Assembly: GCA_030390025.1 (NCBI GenBank)
Contig: CM059438.1
Location: forward strand, 61,258,001 to 61,322,000
Direction of reading: 5' to 3'
Origin: Squalus acanthias
Lineage: Eukaryota
DNA: 64,000 bases
Position 1 is the first letter of the stretch, and every line of letters begins with the position of its first letter. This document shows, piece after piece, positions 51,270 to 63,944 of the stretch. The notes under the pieces were generated by a model, which was not told where the DNA came from, made no database searches, and saw only the letters and a list, made by a program, of their open reading frames with translations. The translations under genes and the position numbers were made by a program.

Positions 51270-51885
51270 ATAGGACGATAGGAACAGGAGGAGGCCATTC
51301 AGCCCCTTGAGCCTGCTGCAGCATTCAATCAGATCATGGCTGATCTATACCAAAACTCCATTTACCGCCATTGCTCCATATCCCTTGACACCCTTAGCTA
51401 ACCAAAATCCATCGATCTCAGCCTTGAAAATTTCAATTCACCCAGCATCCACGGGATTTGGGGAGGGGCAGGGGGGATGGGGAAGAGAATTCCAGATTTC
51501 CACTACTAAGGAAGATAATAAAAGGTGAGGAAGATTTTCCACTGTGCTCCCAGAGCACATATTGTGACTATCCAACCATGAATGGACAGAGAGTCTGGGC
51601 TGGGGCTGGGGGAGGCGGCGGGGGGGGGGGTGGGGGTGCTCTTTCCTGATATACAGGAGCATGGAAGTGGACAAACCCCCCTGTATAGTAAGTTCCATTC
51701 ATGCACCTACCTATAAGAGTCCTCATTTGATTCTGTACATTTACTACAGTTTTGTTAGGCAAGGGTATGAAGTGTTACAGAACCGAGGCGGGTAGATGGA
51801 GTCGAGATACAGATCAGCCATGGTCCAATTGAATGGTGGAACATGCTCGAGGGGCTGAATGGCTTCCTCCTGTTCCTAATGTTGC
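51270..51885. mobile_element. Two old CR1 3'-end fragments (51270-51510 minus, 51750-51885 plus)
   Basis: ATAGGAACAGGAGGAGGCCATTCAGCCCC and its reverse complement GGGGCTGAATGGCTTCCTCCTGTTCCTA. Confidence 0.65.
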
Positions 51886-52917
51886 TGAAGCACCTCAGGC
51901 AGTGCACCACTCACAGTGAAACCGGTGAGGGACGGCGATTGATGAAAGGATTGTCTGGTGGAAACATCTTTCTGGAGCTTATTTGGCACCAGCACAAAAA
52001 TGTTCCTTCAGCACTGCCCCTGGACCATTGTCTGACTGAGATTTAAATCGAAGTTTCAGTGATTCACAGCCACCCGGACTCCTTGTTCAGCCACCCTGAA
52101 TCATGCAGATGATCTCAGAGCATCTGCACTATCTCCTTCTGCCTGCGGTTGTGTTTTTTTTTCCACCTCTGCTCTGTCTCTCAGTTACTGAGAATTCCTT
52201 CTGAGTCTTATAAATATTTTTTTTAATATTGAATGACAACCTCTCATTCAGAAATGCAGCACGATTGTGCAACCCACAGGATTGCCATGCGAGGAATTTG
52301 CTCGGTCGGAGTTGAGTAATGTAGATTGCAATGTCAGATTGCGATTCTGGAGTTTCGCTCCATTGCTTTCGGGAGGAGGGGGTGGGGGAAATTGCACAGG
52401 ATTTCTCTCTTCTCCAGACAACTTTCTTTTCAACACCTCTTGCCTCAGTCCAAGTTGAACATTGGCCATTAAAAGGACTGGGCTGGATTGACCTGTTTAA
52501 AGTCCCTTACATTCTTCTTTAAATACTATTGCTAAAGAAAATAAATTGCAAGGGCAGGAGTGTATTAGCCAAGAAATTACTGTCAGCGATATTAATGGAC
52601 AAAATAAACGCTTATGTACATACATCTGCTGTCTTGGCGCAGGCATTCAATGGTTTATTTTAAATGAGTTAGAACCTGTACCAAAACAGGGAATGAAAGA
52701 GTTGTCATAGAAAGGCTTTAGATATTCGTCCGCTAATATCACAGTGAGTTATTTCCAGGCTACTGTCGTGAGTGCTGTAAAGAGTGTCTTGGCCTGTTTA
52801 TTGATAATAACTACAAGCCTATTTATCCAACACTCCGTCTGCTGGAGACGGTGTAGAGGTTTGTGTCACAGGCCTGATGTTGAATCACAATTATGATATT
52901 CCACCCTACTCACTGTG

Positions 52918-53372
52918 GTGTCAGCCCTGGCCTCAGTGGGCAGCACTCTCTACTCCGAGGTCAGAAGGTTGTGGGTTCAAGTCCCATTCCAGAGACTTGA
53001 GTGCAAAATCTAGACTGACACTCCAGCGCAGCGCTGAGGGAGTGCTCGGAGGTGCTGTTTCTCGGATTAAACAATAAACCGAGGCCCCGTCTGCTCTCTC
53101 ATGGTTGAAGTAAAAGATCCCACGGCACTATTTCGAAGAAGAGCAGGTGAGTTTCTCCCTGGTGTCCTGACCAACATTTACCCCTCAACCAACATCACTA
53201 AAACAGATTATCTGGTCATTATCTCATTTTTGGGAGCTTGCTGTGCACAAATCGGGTGCCACGTTTCCTACATTACAACAGTGACTACACTTCAAAAGTA
53301 CTTCACTGGCTGTAAAACACTTTGGAACACCCAGAGGTCATGAAAGGCGCTATAGAAATGCAAGTCTTGCTT
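52918..53372 (+). mobile_element. Deu-type SINE, full length
   Basis: tRNA-like head, shared body, tail GAAAGGCGCTATAGAAATGCAAGTC. Confidence 0.88.
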
Positions 53373-53739
53373 TCACTCACAGCCGACTCAAGAGCTAAGG
53401 CCAGAGCACTCAAATAGTCCATCACCTGCACACACTCTCAAAATGTTCATAAATAAACGCTCAGCCGATAAATCAGAAATGTAATGATGCCCGTCAACCA
53501 CTGGGCAAACATCAAACAATAACCCAACTTTGATCAGCCTTCCTGCATTTCCTCTCAATTTTCTTCAACAAAAGCAAGTGTAGTTCTCTCAGTCTCTGCT
53601 CATAATTTGGAGCACTGGCATCTAGAATGAACCTTTTCTCTGAACTCTATCTAATGTACCCACCTCCTATTGAAGGCAGAGGCTCCAAAAGGCCTCAGCC
53701 GAACTCACGGCAGTTGATACCTGGAATGAGTCCCTTTAA

Positions 53740-54182
53740 AAAAGAAAGAAAGATATTTATTTCTATAGCGCCTTTCGTGACCTCAGGATGTGTCAAAGGG
53801 CTTTACAGCCAATTAAATACTTTTGACATGTAGTCACTGTTGTAATGTAGGAAACACGGCAGCCAATTTGCGCACAGCAATTTGATAATAACCAGATAAT
53901 CTGTTTCAGTGATGTTGGTCAAGGGATAAATATTGGTCAGGGCACCAGGAAGAACACATCTGCGAATAGGGCTATGGGATCTTTTACGTTGACCTGAGAA
54001 GGCAAATGGGGCCTCGGTTTAACGTCTCATCTGAACGACGGCACCTACTGACAGCAGTGCAGCATTCCCTCAGTACCACACTGGAGTGTCAGCCTAGATG
54101 TGTTCAAGTCTCTGGAGTGGGGCTTGAACCCACAACCTTCTGACTCAAAGGTGGGCGTGGTACCAACTGAGCCAAGACTGAT
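53740..54182 (-). mobile_element. Deu-type SINE, full length
   Basis: Reverse complement of 55022-55500. Confidence 0.85.
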
Positions 54183-54286
54183 ACTTCTCAAGACCCCAAA
54201 CCTTTACCAGGAATCGGCTCAATTACCTTCTCTGGTTGGAGTGGCTCCAGTGGGAACTGAAGAATTAAAAACCAAAATGTATTTCT

Positions 54287-54432
54287 TCAGCCCGCTTGGG
54301 CCTCCGGAGATCAAGGGAAGACCAACCCATCTGGAGGAGCCACTTGGGCCTCTGGAGATCAAGGGGAGACCAGTCTGTCTGGAGCAGCCACTTGGGCCGC
54401 CAGAGATCAAGGGAAGATCAGCCCGTCTGGAT
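54287..54432. repeat. 48-bp tandem repeat, 3 copies
   Basis: CAGCC(C/A)CTTGGGCC...GAGATCAAGGG(A/G)AGA(C/T)CA...TCTGGAG. Confidence 0.75.
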
Positions 54433-54764
54433 ACTGATGCACCCTTGCAGGCACCCCACCCCCAGCTCTGTAAATGGCCCTGTGCCCAGAGCTTGGGGCC
54501 ACCCCAGGAGGGGGCTCCACTCTGTTGCCCCTCCACCAACCGAGCTGGGCCCAGGAATTTCCAAGCCAGAGTGTCTCAAATGCAGCCTGACCAGTGAGTT
54601 ACACGCTGTTAAAATAGCCTGGTTTGACTTCTAATCAAGTAGTCTCAAGATCCATCCCGACAGCAGGCGAGTGCTGTTGACAACTGGCTTCACACCAACT
54701 GGAAACTTGTAATGAATGGCCAGTAATTCCACCTCAATTGTCCCCCTTTTTCCATCTCCGGCAA

Positions 54765-55625
54765 TCAGGGCTGCCGACCCTCCAGGATTGCCCTGGAATC
54801 TCCTGGAATTAAACGTTAATCTCCAGGACGTTGCTGTCAGCAAACCTGGGAGAAAAATCATAGAGGCGTTAAAAACCTATTGTGTTTTCTTTTCATTTTC
54901 TTTGAATATTTTTATTTATTGGTTATAAAGATATTGGAGATGGGGAAAATGCTGTGTTACTGACGGTCAAGAATCATCCAATCAGGTAATGGAGAGTCTG
55001 TTCGCTTTCAGCTGTGTCAGAGTCAGCTGTGGCTCAGTGGGTCGCACACTTGCCTCTGAGTCAGAAGGTTGTGGGTTCAAGTCTCGCTCCTGGGACTTGA
55101 GCACATAAAGCTAGGCTGACACTCCAGTGCAGTGCTGAGGGAGTGCTGCACTGTCGGAGGTGCCGTCTTTCGGATGAGACGTTAAACCGAGGGCCCCGTC
55201 CGCTCTCTCAGGTGGACGTAAAAGATCCCATGGCACTATTTTCGAAGAAGAGTTAGGGGAGTCATCCCTGGTGTCCTGGCCAATATTTATCCCTCAACCA
55301 ACATCAGGAAAAGCAGTTTATCCGGTCATTATCACATTGCTGTTTGTGGGACCTTGTTGTGCGCAAATTGGCTGCCGCATTCCCCACATTACAACATTGA
55401 CTCCACTTCAAAAAAAAAAGTACTTCACTGAATGTAAAGCGCTTTGAGATGTCCGGTGGTCGTGAAAGGCGCTATATAAATGCAAGTCTTTCTTTCTTTC
55501 CAGTTTGCGTAAGAAGATGGGGGCGTCGCAAGGATTGACGTGTCGGACAAGCAATGACGGGAGCGTGGGAGCGGGGCGGTTGGAGGTCATGAGATGACAC
55601 ATCCAGTCAGGGTTGGTAATCCAGC
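54765..55625. mobile_element. Possible old hAT-type MITE hosting a SINE
   Basis: CAGGGCTGCCGACCCT left end; AGGGTTGGTAATCCAG degenerate right end. Confidence 0.35.
55022..55500 (+). mobile_element. Deu-type (SacSINE1-like) SINE, best-preserved copy
   Basis: A box TGGCTCAGTGG, B box GGTTCAAGTC; tail AAAGGCGCTATATAAATGCAAGT is identical to the L2 tail at 17815-17837. Confidence 0.9.
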
Positions 55626-56344
55626 TGGCAATGGCCAATCTGCTGCGTACACATTTCCTACTCCTATTCCTGCAGTTTCACATTGACACAGTCAAACCCA
55701 TCTGCTTAACCTTGGGTAAGCAGGTTGTGGTTAGATGACCAGCTTAGTGTCACTATCAAAAATCACCAGCCCATCAGGAACATGCATTGCAACGTCTAGG
55801 GAGGGGAGGGATGTAGAGTGCTTTTAAAGGCGGCAGCTAGTTATTGGTGCATGTGACTTTTCGGACAGCTAAGTCTGTAATCAGCAGGGATTCCCCGATC
55901 GACAGCAGGGAGTGGAGAGCCAGGTCAGCAAAGGGTGAAAGACAAGAGTCACTGATTTGCATTAAACATTAGTTAACTGTGGTGTGAAGACACAGGAGCA
56001 TTGACATCTGTGGTTTATCTCCTCATGAGCTGAGGTTTTCTTTCTCTTTGGCACTTCTTTTAACTGTTTCTTGGCCAATGTTTTATTTTCACCAAAGTCT
56101 CCCCTCCCCTCCCCTCCTCTCCTGTAGTTGTTGACCATTTGCTGGGACACAGTTCCACAGGCATTGGCTGCCCTCCAGTACTGTGCTCAAATGGCCATTA
56201 TTTATGCGTTGACCGCCAGGGCTGGATTCTCCTCCTATTGGCTGGTTCACGGTGGGGTGGGATGTCCTCCAACCCATGTGACTCTGCAGCTAACCCGCTG
56301 AATTTTCCTCCCAGGGCCCTAATTATACATGCAAGGCGGAGTTA

Positions 56345-56692
56345 AAAAAAGACTTGCCTTTATATAGCGCCTTTCACGACCTCAGGACGTCCCAAAGCAT
56401 TTTACAGCCAATGGAATACTTTTGAAGTGTAGTCGCTGTTGTAATGTAGGAAACACGGCGGCAAATTTGCGCACAGCAAGATCCCACAAACAGCAATGCG
56501 ATAATGACCAGTGATGCTGGTTGAGGGATAAATATTGGCCCAGGAGACCAGGGAGAACTCCCCTGCTTTTCTTCGAAAAGTGCCGTGGGATCTTTTACAT
56601 CCAACTGAGAGGGCAGACGGGGCCTCGGTTTAACGCCTCATCTGAAAGATGGCACTTCCGGCAGTTCAGCACTCCCTCAGTACTGCAGTGGA
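56345..56692 (-). mobile_element. Deu-type SINE, 5'-truncated
   Basis: Reverse complement of the SINE body and tail. Confidence 0.85.
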
Positions 56693-56694
56693 GT

Positions 56695-59190
56695 AGCAGC
56701 AGTAACACTCGTCCTCATTGGGTGACCAACACTGGGAGGGAGGGAAATAGAGTGCTCTTACAACCTTTAAAAGACGGTAGCTAGTTAAAGGGGCATGTGC
56801 CTTTTTGGACAGCAGGAACAAAACAATTTCTAATGGAGCAGCAGCCTCAGGCTGGGGTGGCTCTCAAATTTTCTCATACATCTGTGGAGGTTTTGCTGCA
56901 AAGGAATGATTGCTGGGGACTGAGGCAGGAGCGCGGTTCCTGGAGCTGTCATTGCAACATGCACTTCCTTAAGAACTGCCCCACAGTGCAGGAAGAGGTT
57001 CAGTGACCTCACAAGGTTGGCCAAGGTAAGACATGACTATGTTCCCAATGCACGTGCTGCACCAATGCTAGGGCCTGCGCTCACCCCATCACCAGTCATG
57101 CTCTTTCTGGGTGTCAAGGAAACTCATGTTTACAAAGGAGAACCTCTGCAAACAGTGAAGCACCTTCTTAACTCACACCCACTCTGTGAACTCACATTGC
57201 CTGCCACAAAGGGTTCTGCTAGTCTTGAAGATCCATTTGTTTAAAGAGACAACACACCTGCAGCTCTCATCATCATGGGCTGCATGCACTCATATAGGGG
57301 AAAAGATGAGTCCATGCCACTCACATTTCCTTTAACAAGGTGTTCGCTCCCTGCAAAAGGGGAGGTGGCACACAACCGCTTACCGGGAACTGCAACTGGG
57401 ACAGGAAGACCTATACCGAAAACCGAGTCCATTAGATACTGTTTCCACTGGCAGGAGGGTCGGGAACCAGAGGACTCAGACTTAAGACAATCGGCAAAAG
57501 AACCAGAGGGGAGATGAGGGGAATTTATTGTTATGCAGCGGCTTCTTATGATCTGGAATGCACTGTCTGAAAGGTTGGTGGAAGCAGATTCAAGAGTAAC
57601 TTTCAAAGGGGAATTGGATAAATACTTGAAAATGCAGAAATTTGCAGGGCTGTGGGGAAATAGCAGGGCAGTGGGACTAGCTGGATCGCTCTTACAAAGA
57701 GCCGGCACAGGTACGATTGGCCTCCTTCTATGTTCTAAGATAATAGGCAGGCAGGAGAGGCTTTGGGAGACGGTGAGGTTGGAGGTGAGCTGGCAAGAGA
57801 AGGTTGGTGAAGGCTGGGGCAAGGCTCAGCATACATTGTGTCCGTTTCTTGTGCTTTCTCAAAGTATTGCAATGCCCTTACAATCAGCTGCTATTTCTTC
57901 AAGGGAAAATGTCACTGTCTGCAGAGCTCAACAAGGGCGTCTGTGCTTCGTATCATAAGGGGTTCCTTGGAGGAAAAGGCCGGCCACTCCAATGATCACC
58001 CGGGCACTTCCAGAGACACAACTCCTGCCACATCAAGATCCACTGCTCTTGTCATGTCCTCACCAATTCCATCATGGTATCTCATCCACATCAGCAGTAG
58101 CCCAGAGACACCCAGCCAGGGGTAACTAGTTAGTGAATTTTTCTGTGGTTCCATTGGAAATAAAACAAAGTGGGAACAACTTGCAGAAGAGAGCATCAGT
58201 GACCTGTTTTATACACCGGTGAGCTGCTGCTTCTCTGATGTAATGAAGATCACCAGACGCTGCCTGGAAGGATTCAGTCGCAATGGCGATTTTGACTGGT
58301 AGGGACAATTCTATTGTCCTGGTTGATGAAGGCTGGTCTTCAGCCAGCAATTGACCGATCTCCTCTGTGGGGAAGTGCAGCCTTCTGAGGCAGTGACGGG
58401 CAGAGACATCTAGAGTGGTCTGTTAACCCTGACGGGTATCTATGTGTAGGGAACAAACTCCCTCTGTGATGCTGCATTGCAAGAGCTTCTAATCTAGCCT
58501 ATTCCATATCCTCCTCCTCTTCAAAATATTCTTTTGTCCTTCAATATAGAAGAAGACAGCCAAAATGTCATCTAATTTTCTACAGTGAGTTCTTTGATGA
58601 CGTGATGATTTTTGTTGGGGATGAGCACCTGCAGATTGAACAGTGGATCCCGGATACACCAGGTTGGGGATCTCGATTCTTCAGGTGAACCTTCCTCAGC
58701 TGGCGTTTACATTCGGCATCAGCAATGATTAGAAGTCAAAATATAGGAATAGTGGGAATGCCATTGGGAAATTCACGTCCCCAGTCCGAGGTTGTACTTT
58801 CTGCAGAGCTGACTGAAGAGAGCAGGAAATGTGCTGACAGACCCTCCACTGCACTAATCCATACTCGGGCTCCAGCAGACAAAGTGGCCTCCTCAATGCA
58901 GTATCCGCCTCGGGGGGCTCTACTGCGCTCCTCATACCCGCCACTTGTTTAAAGGCAGCATTAACTTGGCTTGGGTTTGGGATGGAAGTTAGGAAAAATG
59001 GAGAGGGAGGGTTGGCCAACTTGACCTCATTTAAATGCGGCAGAGTGGGTGTTAAAAGGGGGACCGTCAGTTTTACGGAGAATTCCGGTGCCATTTTTTG
59101 GGGTGGATTTGAGGGCAGGAGGCCTTGCTGCCCTATTGTACTCTCTTTACTGTCCCAAAACGAGTGATAATCCAATGGAATATCTAACCC
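56695..59190. mobile_element. Ancient decayed Harbinger (Myb on plus, transposase on minus), with a CR1 3' end at 57435-57735
   Basis: LKFSHTSVEVLLQ and QCRKRFSDLTRLAK|GTAAG Myb remnants; LPVKIAIATESFQAASGDL...AAHRCIKQVTDALF transposase remnant; boundaries approximate. Confidence 0.7.
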
Positions 59191-59941
59191 TTAGTGTTGG
59201 CCAAGTGCTCCACTGCAGGAGCATCAATGCCAAGCCCAATCCTGCCCACAGTAGACTTCCACAAATGTGTCCTTCCAACAAGGGTACTAGATAGTGATCA
59301 GGAGAGAATCTTGACCCCTGACTAATTTCCACCGCCCCCCCCCCCCACCCAGAGCCATGTGACACCGAGGCCAATTGTAGAACTCTAGCACCCCCTTGGT
59401 AAGTGTGCACAGGACCAGGGATGTAATCTGGGACCTTCCTGGACTGTCTGGCTCAGTGTGACTCACTGGACCAACCGACTCAAGCCTCAAGGGCCTGTGC
59501 TGATGGAATAGTGCGAGGGGATCCAAGCTTTCTGGTTTTTTTGCAAGCGGCATAGGTGCGCACCAGGGAGCATCTGCAAAGCTGCAAGCCACAGTCCCGA
59601 TAGTTGGCATGTATCTCTAGCCATTGCCGTCAGATCTTGGTGTTCTGCTTTTCTTTGCCAAGAAAGGAAAAAAAGAAAGAACTTGCATTTGTGTAGCGCC
59701 TTTCACATCCTCAGAACATCCCAAAGTGCTTTACAGCCAATGAAGTACTTTTTGAAATGTAGTCACTGTTGCAGGAAATGTGGCAGCTAATTTGCGCACA
59801 GCAAGCTCCCACAAACAGCAATGTGATAATGACTGGATAATCTGTTTTAGTTATGTTGGTTGAGGGATCAATATTGACCAGGACACCGGGGAGAACTCCC
59901 CTGCTCTTCTTCAAAAAATAGTAGCCATGATGTGGAGATGC

Positions 59942-61524
59942 AATTTTGAAGAACCTGAGGGTCGATAAGTCCCCTGGGCCAGATGGGATATATCCTAGGA
60001 TTCTTTGGGAGGCAAGGGAGGAGATTGCAGAGCCTCTGGCTTTGATCTTTGGGTCCTCACTGTCCACGGGAATGGTGCCAGAGGACTGGAGAGAGGCGAA
60101 TGTTGTTCCTCTCTTCAAGAAAGGAAATAGGAATGACCCTGGTAATTATAGGCCGGTTAGTCTTACTTCGGTGGTTGGTAAGATAATGGAAAAGGTCCTG
60201 AGGGATAGGATTTATGATCATTTGGAAAGGGGCAACTTAATCAGGGAAAGTCAACACGGATTCGTGAAGGGTAAGTCTTGCCTAACAAATTTGATTGAAT
60301 TCTTTGAGGAGGTAACTAAGTGTGTAGATGAAGGTAGAGCAGTTGCTGTCGTATACATGGATTTTAGTAAGGCGTTTGATAAGGTTCCCCATGGTCGTCT
60401 CATGAAGAAAGTAAGGAGTTGTGGGATAGAGGGAAATTTGGCCGATTGGATAAGTAACTGGCTATCTCATAGAAGGCAGAGGGTGGTGGTGGATGGAACA
60501 TTTTCGGACTGGAGACCAGTTACCAGCGGTGTGCCACAGGGGTCGGTGCTGGGTCCTCTGCTGTTTGTGATTTTTATCAATGACTTGGAGGAGGGGACTG
60601 AAGGGTGGATCAGTAAATTTGCTGATGACACCAAGATTGGTGGAGTAGTGGATGAGGTGGAGGGCAGTTGTAGGCTGCAAAGAGACATTGATAGGATGCA
60701 GAGCTGGGCCGAAAAATGGCAGATGGAATTTAACCCTGATAAGTGCAAGGTGATTCATTTTGGGAGGGCAAATTTGAATAAGGATTACAGGGTCAACGGC
60801 AGGGTTCTGAGGAACGTGGAGGAGCAGAGGGATCTGGGGGTTCATATCCACAGATCTCTGAAGGTTGCCACTCAAGTGGATAGAGCAGTAAAGAAGGCCT
60901 ATGGTGTGTTGGCGTTTATTAACAGAGGGTTTGAGTTTAAGAACCGTGAGGTTATGCTGCAACTGTACAGGACCTTGGTGAGACCACATTTGGAATATTG
61001 TGTGCAGTTCTGGTCACCTCACTATAGGAAGGACGTGGAAGCATTGGAAAGAGTGCAAAGGAGATTTACCAGGATGCTGCCTGGTTTGGGGGGGAGGTCT
61101 TATGAGGAAAGATTGAGGGAGTTGGGGCTTTTCTCTTTAGAGAGGAGGAGGATGAGAGGCGACTTAATAGAGGTTTATAAGATGATGAGGGGGATAGATA
61201 GAGTGGATGTTCAGAGACTATTTCCTCGGGTAGAGGCAGCTGTTACAAGGGGGCATAACTATAAGGTGCATGGGGGGAGATATAGAAGGGATGTCCGAGG
61301 TAGATTCTTTACTCAGAGAGTGGTTGGGGAGTGGAATGGACTGCCTGCTGTGATAGTGGAGTCGGACACTTTAGGAACTTTCAAGCGGTTATTGGATAAG
61401 CACATGGAGCACACCAGAGTGATAGGGAGTGTGATAGCTTGATCTTGGTCTCAGACAATGCTCGGCACAACATCGAGGGCCGAAGGGCCTGTACTGTGCT
61501 GTACTGTTCTATGTTCTATGTTCT
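59942..61524 (+). mobile_element. Young 5'-truncated CR1 LINE with an uninterrupted 498-aa RT-domain frame
   Basis: KSPGPDGIYPRIL, QHGFVKGKSCL, GVPQGSVLGP, FADD; tail (TTCTATG)n; ATGC at both junctions. Confidence 0.96.
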
Positions 61525-61722
61525 ATGCCGGTGTTGGACTGGGGTGGACAAATGTGAGAAGTCGCACAACACCAGGTTATAGTCCAACAGCTTTATTTGA
61601 AATCACAAGCTTTCGGAGCGCTGCTCCTTCGTCAGGTGAAGCTGACGAAGGAGCAGCGCTCCGAAAGCTTGTGATTTCAAATAAAGCTGTTGGACTATAA
61701 CCTGGTGTTGTGCGACTTCTCA
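61525..61722. mobile_element. Penelope terminal repeat in inverted (foldback) arrangement, with hammerhead motifs on both strands
   Basis: Perfect 81-bp inverted repeat 61555-61635 / 61642-61722; same family as 15625-15748. Confidence 0.88.
61603..61639 (-). ncRNA. Minimal type-I hammerhead ribozyme motif
   Basis: Minus strand reads TCAC-CTGACGA-A-GGAGC-AGC-GCTCC-GAAA-GC-TT-GTGA. Confidence 0.7.
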
Positions 61723-62656
61723 AAAAATAGTGTCATGGGATTTTTTACATTCACCTGAGAGGGCAGACCAGGCCTCAGATTAACATCTCATCTGAAAGAC
61801 AGCACTTCCAGTCAGTGCAGCGCTCCTCCCTCACTGAACTGTCAGCCGAGTTGAATGTACTCAAAGTCTCTGGAGTGGGACTTGATCCCACAACCTTTAC
61901 TGACTCCGAGGCAAGAGTGCTACCAACTGAGCCGCGGCTGACACCACTTAGAAAGAGATGGAAAAAGTGGGTTCACTGTCTGGCCCCCCCACTATAGCTG
62001 CGAGCCCAATCGTCCATCCTGTCCAAACACCAGTGCAAACAGTAAAGAAAAGCAGCCTTTGTCACTGTGAAACTTACTTAATGCGTTCGACATTTTTGTG
62101 TGTTAGTTACGTAGCGCCAGTGACATTTTATTTTTTGCTGCTAACACCCCATAATTCTTAGCTGAGGTAATGACAAGGGAGTTGCTATGGTTACAGCTGC
62201 GTGCTCACTGATGGTGTAAGTGAGGACACAGCTGTTTGATTTAGTTTTAAACCAATCACACTCGCCCACCCCATCCCCCACCCTCAGGATCCGTTAGCAT
62301 CTCTTTTACTTGCAGGGAGTCATTTGTCTATTACTGTTATCAGTACGTTTGGGAAGGATGCGTAGTTGAAATAAATAACGCTCCCTTGTCTCCTCCGACA
62401 GCTTTAGGTTGTTGCCAGACTCAAGGGAAAGGCATTGTGTCGTTGCCCATGAAATATCTCAGTGCAAATAATAAACTCACAACCCAACCGCAACAGCTCA
62501 GGCCCCTTGATTCACTTCTTGACAATGAGTGAAGTAGTTAATCCTGCACACACATGGAGCAAAGAGCTTCTGTATCTGTGGCACCTCATCTGTATTATAG
62601 CCTGCGCCTTGCAAATATCAATCAGAGGGATTTTATTGAGCGTTTATACATGGTTG

Positions 62657-63850
62657 GGTGTAGCGTGGGCTAGATACAAGGTAAAGCTTTCTCCAAGGCC
62701 AAGTATAACGTGGGCTAGATACAAGGTAAAGCCTTCTCCAAGGCTAAGTATAGCATGGGCTAGATACAAGGTAAAGCCTTCTCCAAGGCTAAGTATAGCA
62801 TGGGCTAGATACAAGGTAAAGCCTTCTCCAAGGCCAAGTATAGCATGGGCTAGATACAAGGTAAAGCCTTGTCCAAGGCCAAGTATAGCGTGGGCTAGAT
62901 ACAAGGTAAAGCCTTCTCCAAGGCCAAGTATAACGTGGGCTAGATACAAGGTAAAGCCTTCTCCAAGGCCAAGTATAACATGGGCTAGATACAAGGTAAA
63001 GCCTTGTCCAAGGCCAAGTATAATGTGGGCTAGATACAAGGTAAAGCCTTCTCCAAGGCCAAGTATAGCGTGGGCTAGATACAAGGTAAAGCCTTCTCCA
63101 AGGCCAAGTATAGCGTGGGCTAGATACAAGGTAAAGCCTTCTCCAAGGCCAAGTATAGCGTGGGCTAGATACAAGGTAAAGCCTTCTCCAAGGCCAAGTA
63201 TAGTGTGGGCTAGATACAAGGTAAAGCCTTCTCCAAGGCCAAGTAGAGCGTGGGCTAGATACAAGGTAAAGCTTTCTCCAAGGCCAAGTATAACGTGGGC
63301 TAGATACAAGGTAAAGCCTTCTCCAAGGCTAAGTATAGCATGGGCTAGATACAAGGTAAAGCCTTCTCCAAGGCCAAGTATAGCATGGGCTAGATACAAG
63401 GTAAAGCCTTGTCCAAGGCCAAGTATAGCGTGGGCTAGATACAAGGTAAAGCTTTCTCCAAGGCCAAGTATAACGTGGGCTAGATACAAGGTAAAGCCTT
63501 CTCCAAGGCCAAGTATAACATGGGCTAGATACAAGGTAAAGCCTTGTCCAAGGCCAAGTATAATGTGGGCTAGATACAAGGTAAAGCCTTCTCCAAGGCC
63601 AAGTATAGCGTGGGCTAGATACAAGGTAAAGCCTTCTCCAAGGCCAAGTATAGCGTGGGCTAGATACAAGGTAAAGCCTTCTCCAAGGCCAAGTAGAGCG
63701 TGGGCTAGATACAAGGTAAAGCCTTCTCCAAGGCCAAGTATAGCGTGGGCTAGATACAAGGTAAAGCCTTCTCCAAGGCCAAGTAGAGCGTGGGCTAGAT
63801 ACAAGGTAAAGCCTTCTCCAAGGCCAAGTAGAGCGTGGGCTAGATACAAG
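62657..63850. repeat. 45-bp minisatellite GTATAGCGTGGGCTAGATACAAGGTAAAGCCTTCTCCAAGGCCAA, about 26 copies
   Basis: Exact 45-nt period; the variant order appears to recur at about 540-bp spacing. Confidence 0.97.
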
Positions 63851-63944
63851 AGTCATCAGCATTATTTTGCATACCGCCAGCTGGTGTCAAAAAATCACAG
63901 GTCCAGTGCCCGCGATTTTCTGTCCATTGATCGAAGAACAGATA

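Larger units (their letters stand above)
59665..61945 (-). mobile_element. Deu-type SINE split by Penelope and CR1 insertions (59665-59922 and 61732-61945)
   Basis: Halves are collinear; 12-bp duplication TCAAAAAATAGT at 59911-59922 and 61720-61731. Confidence 0.85.
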
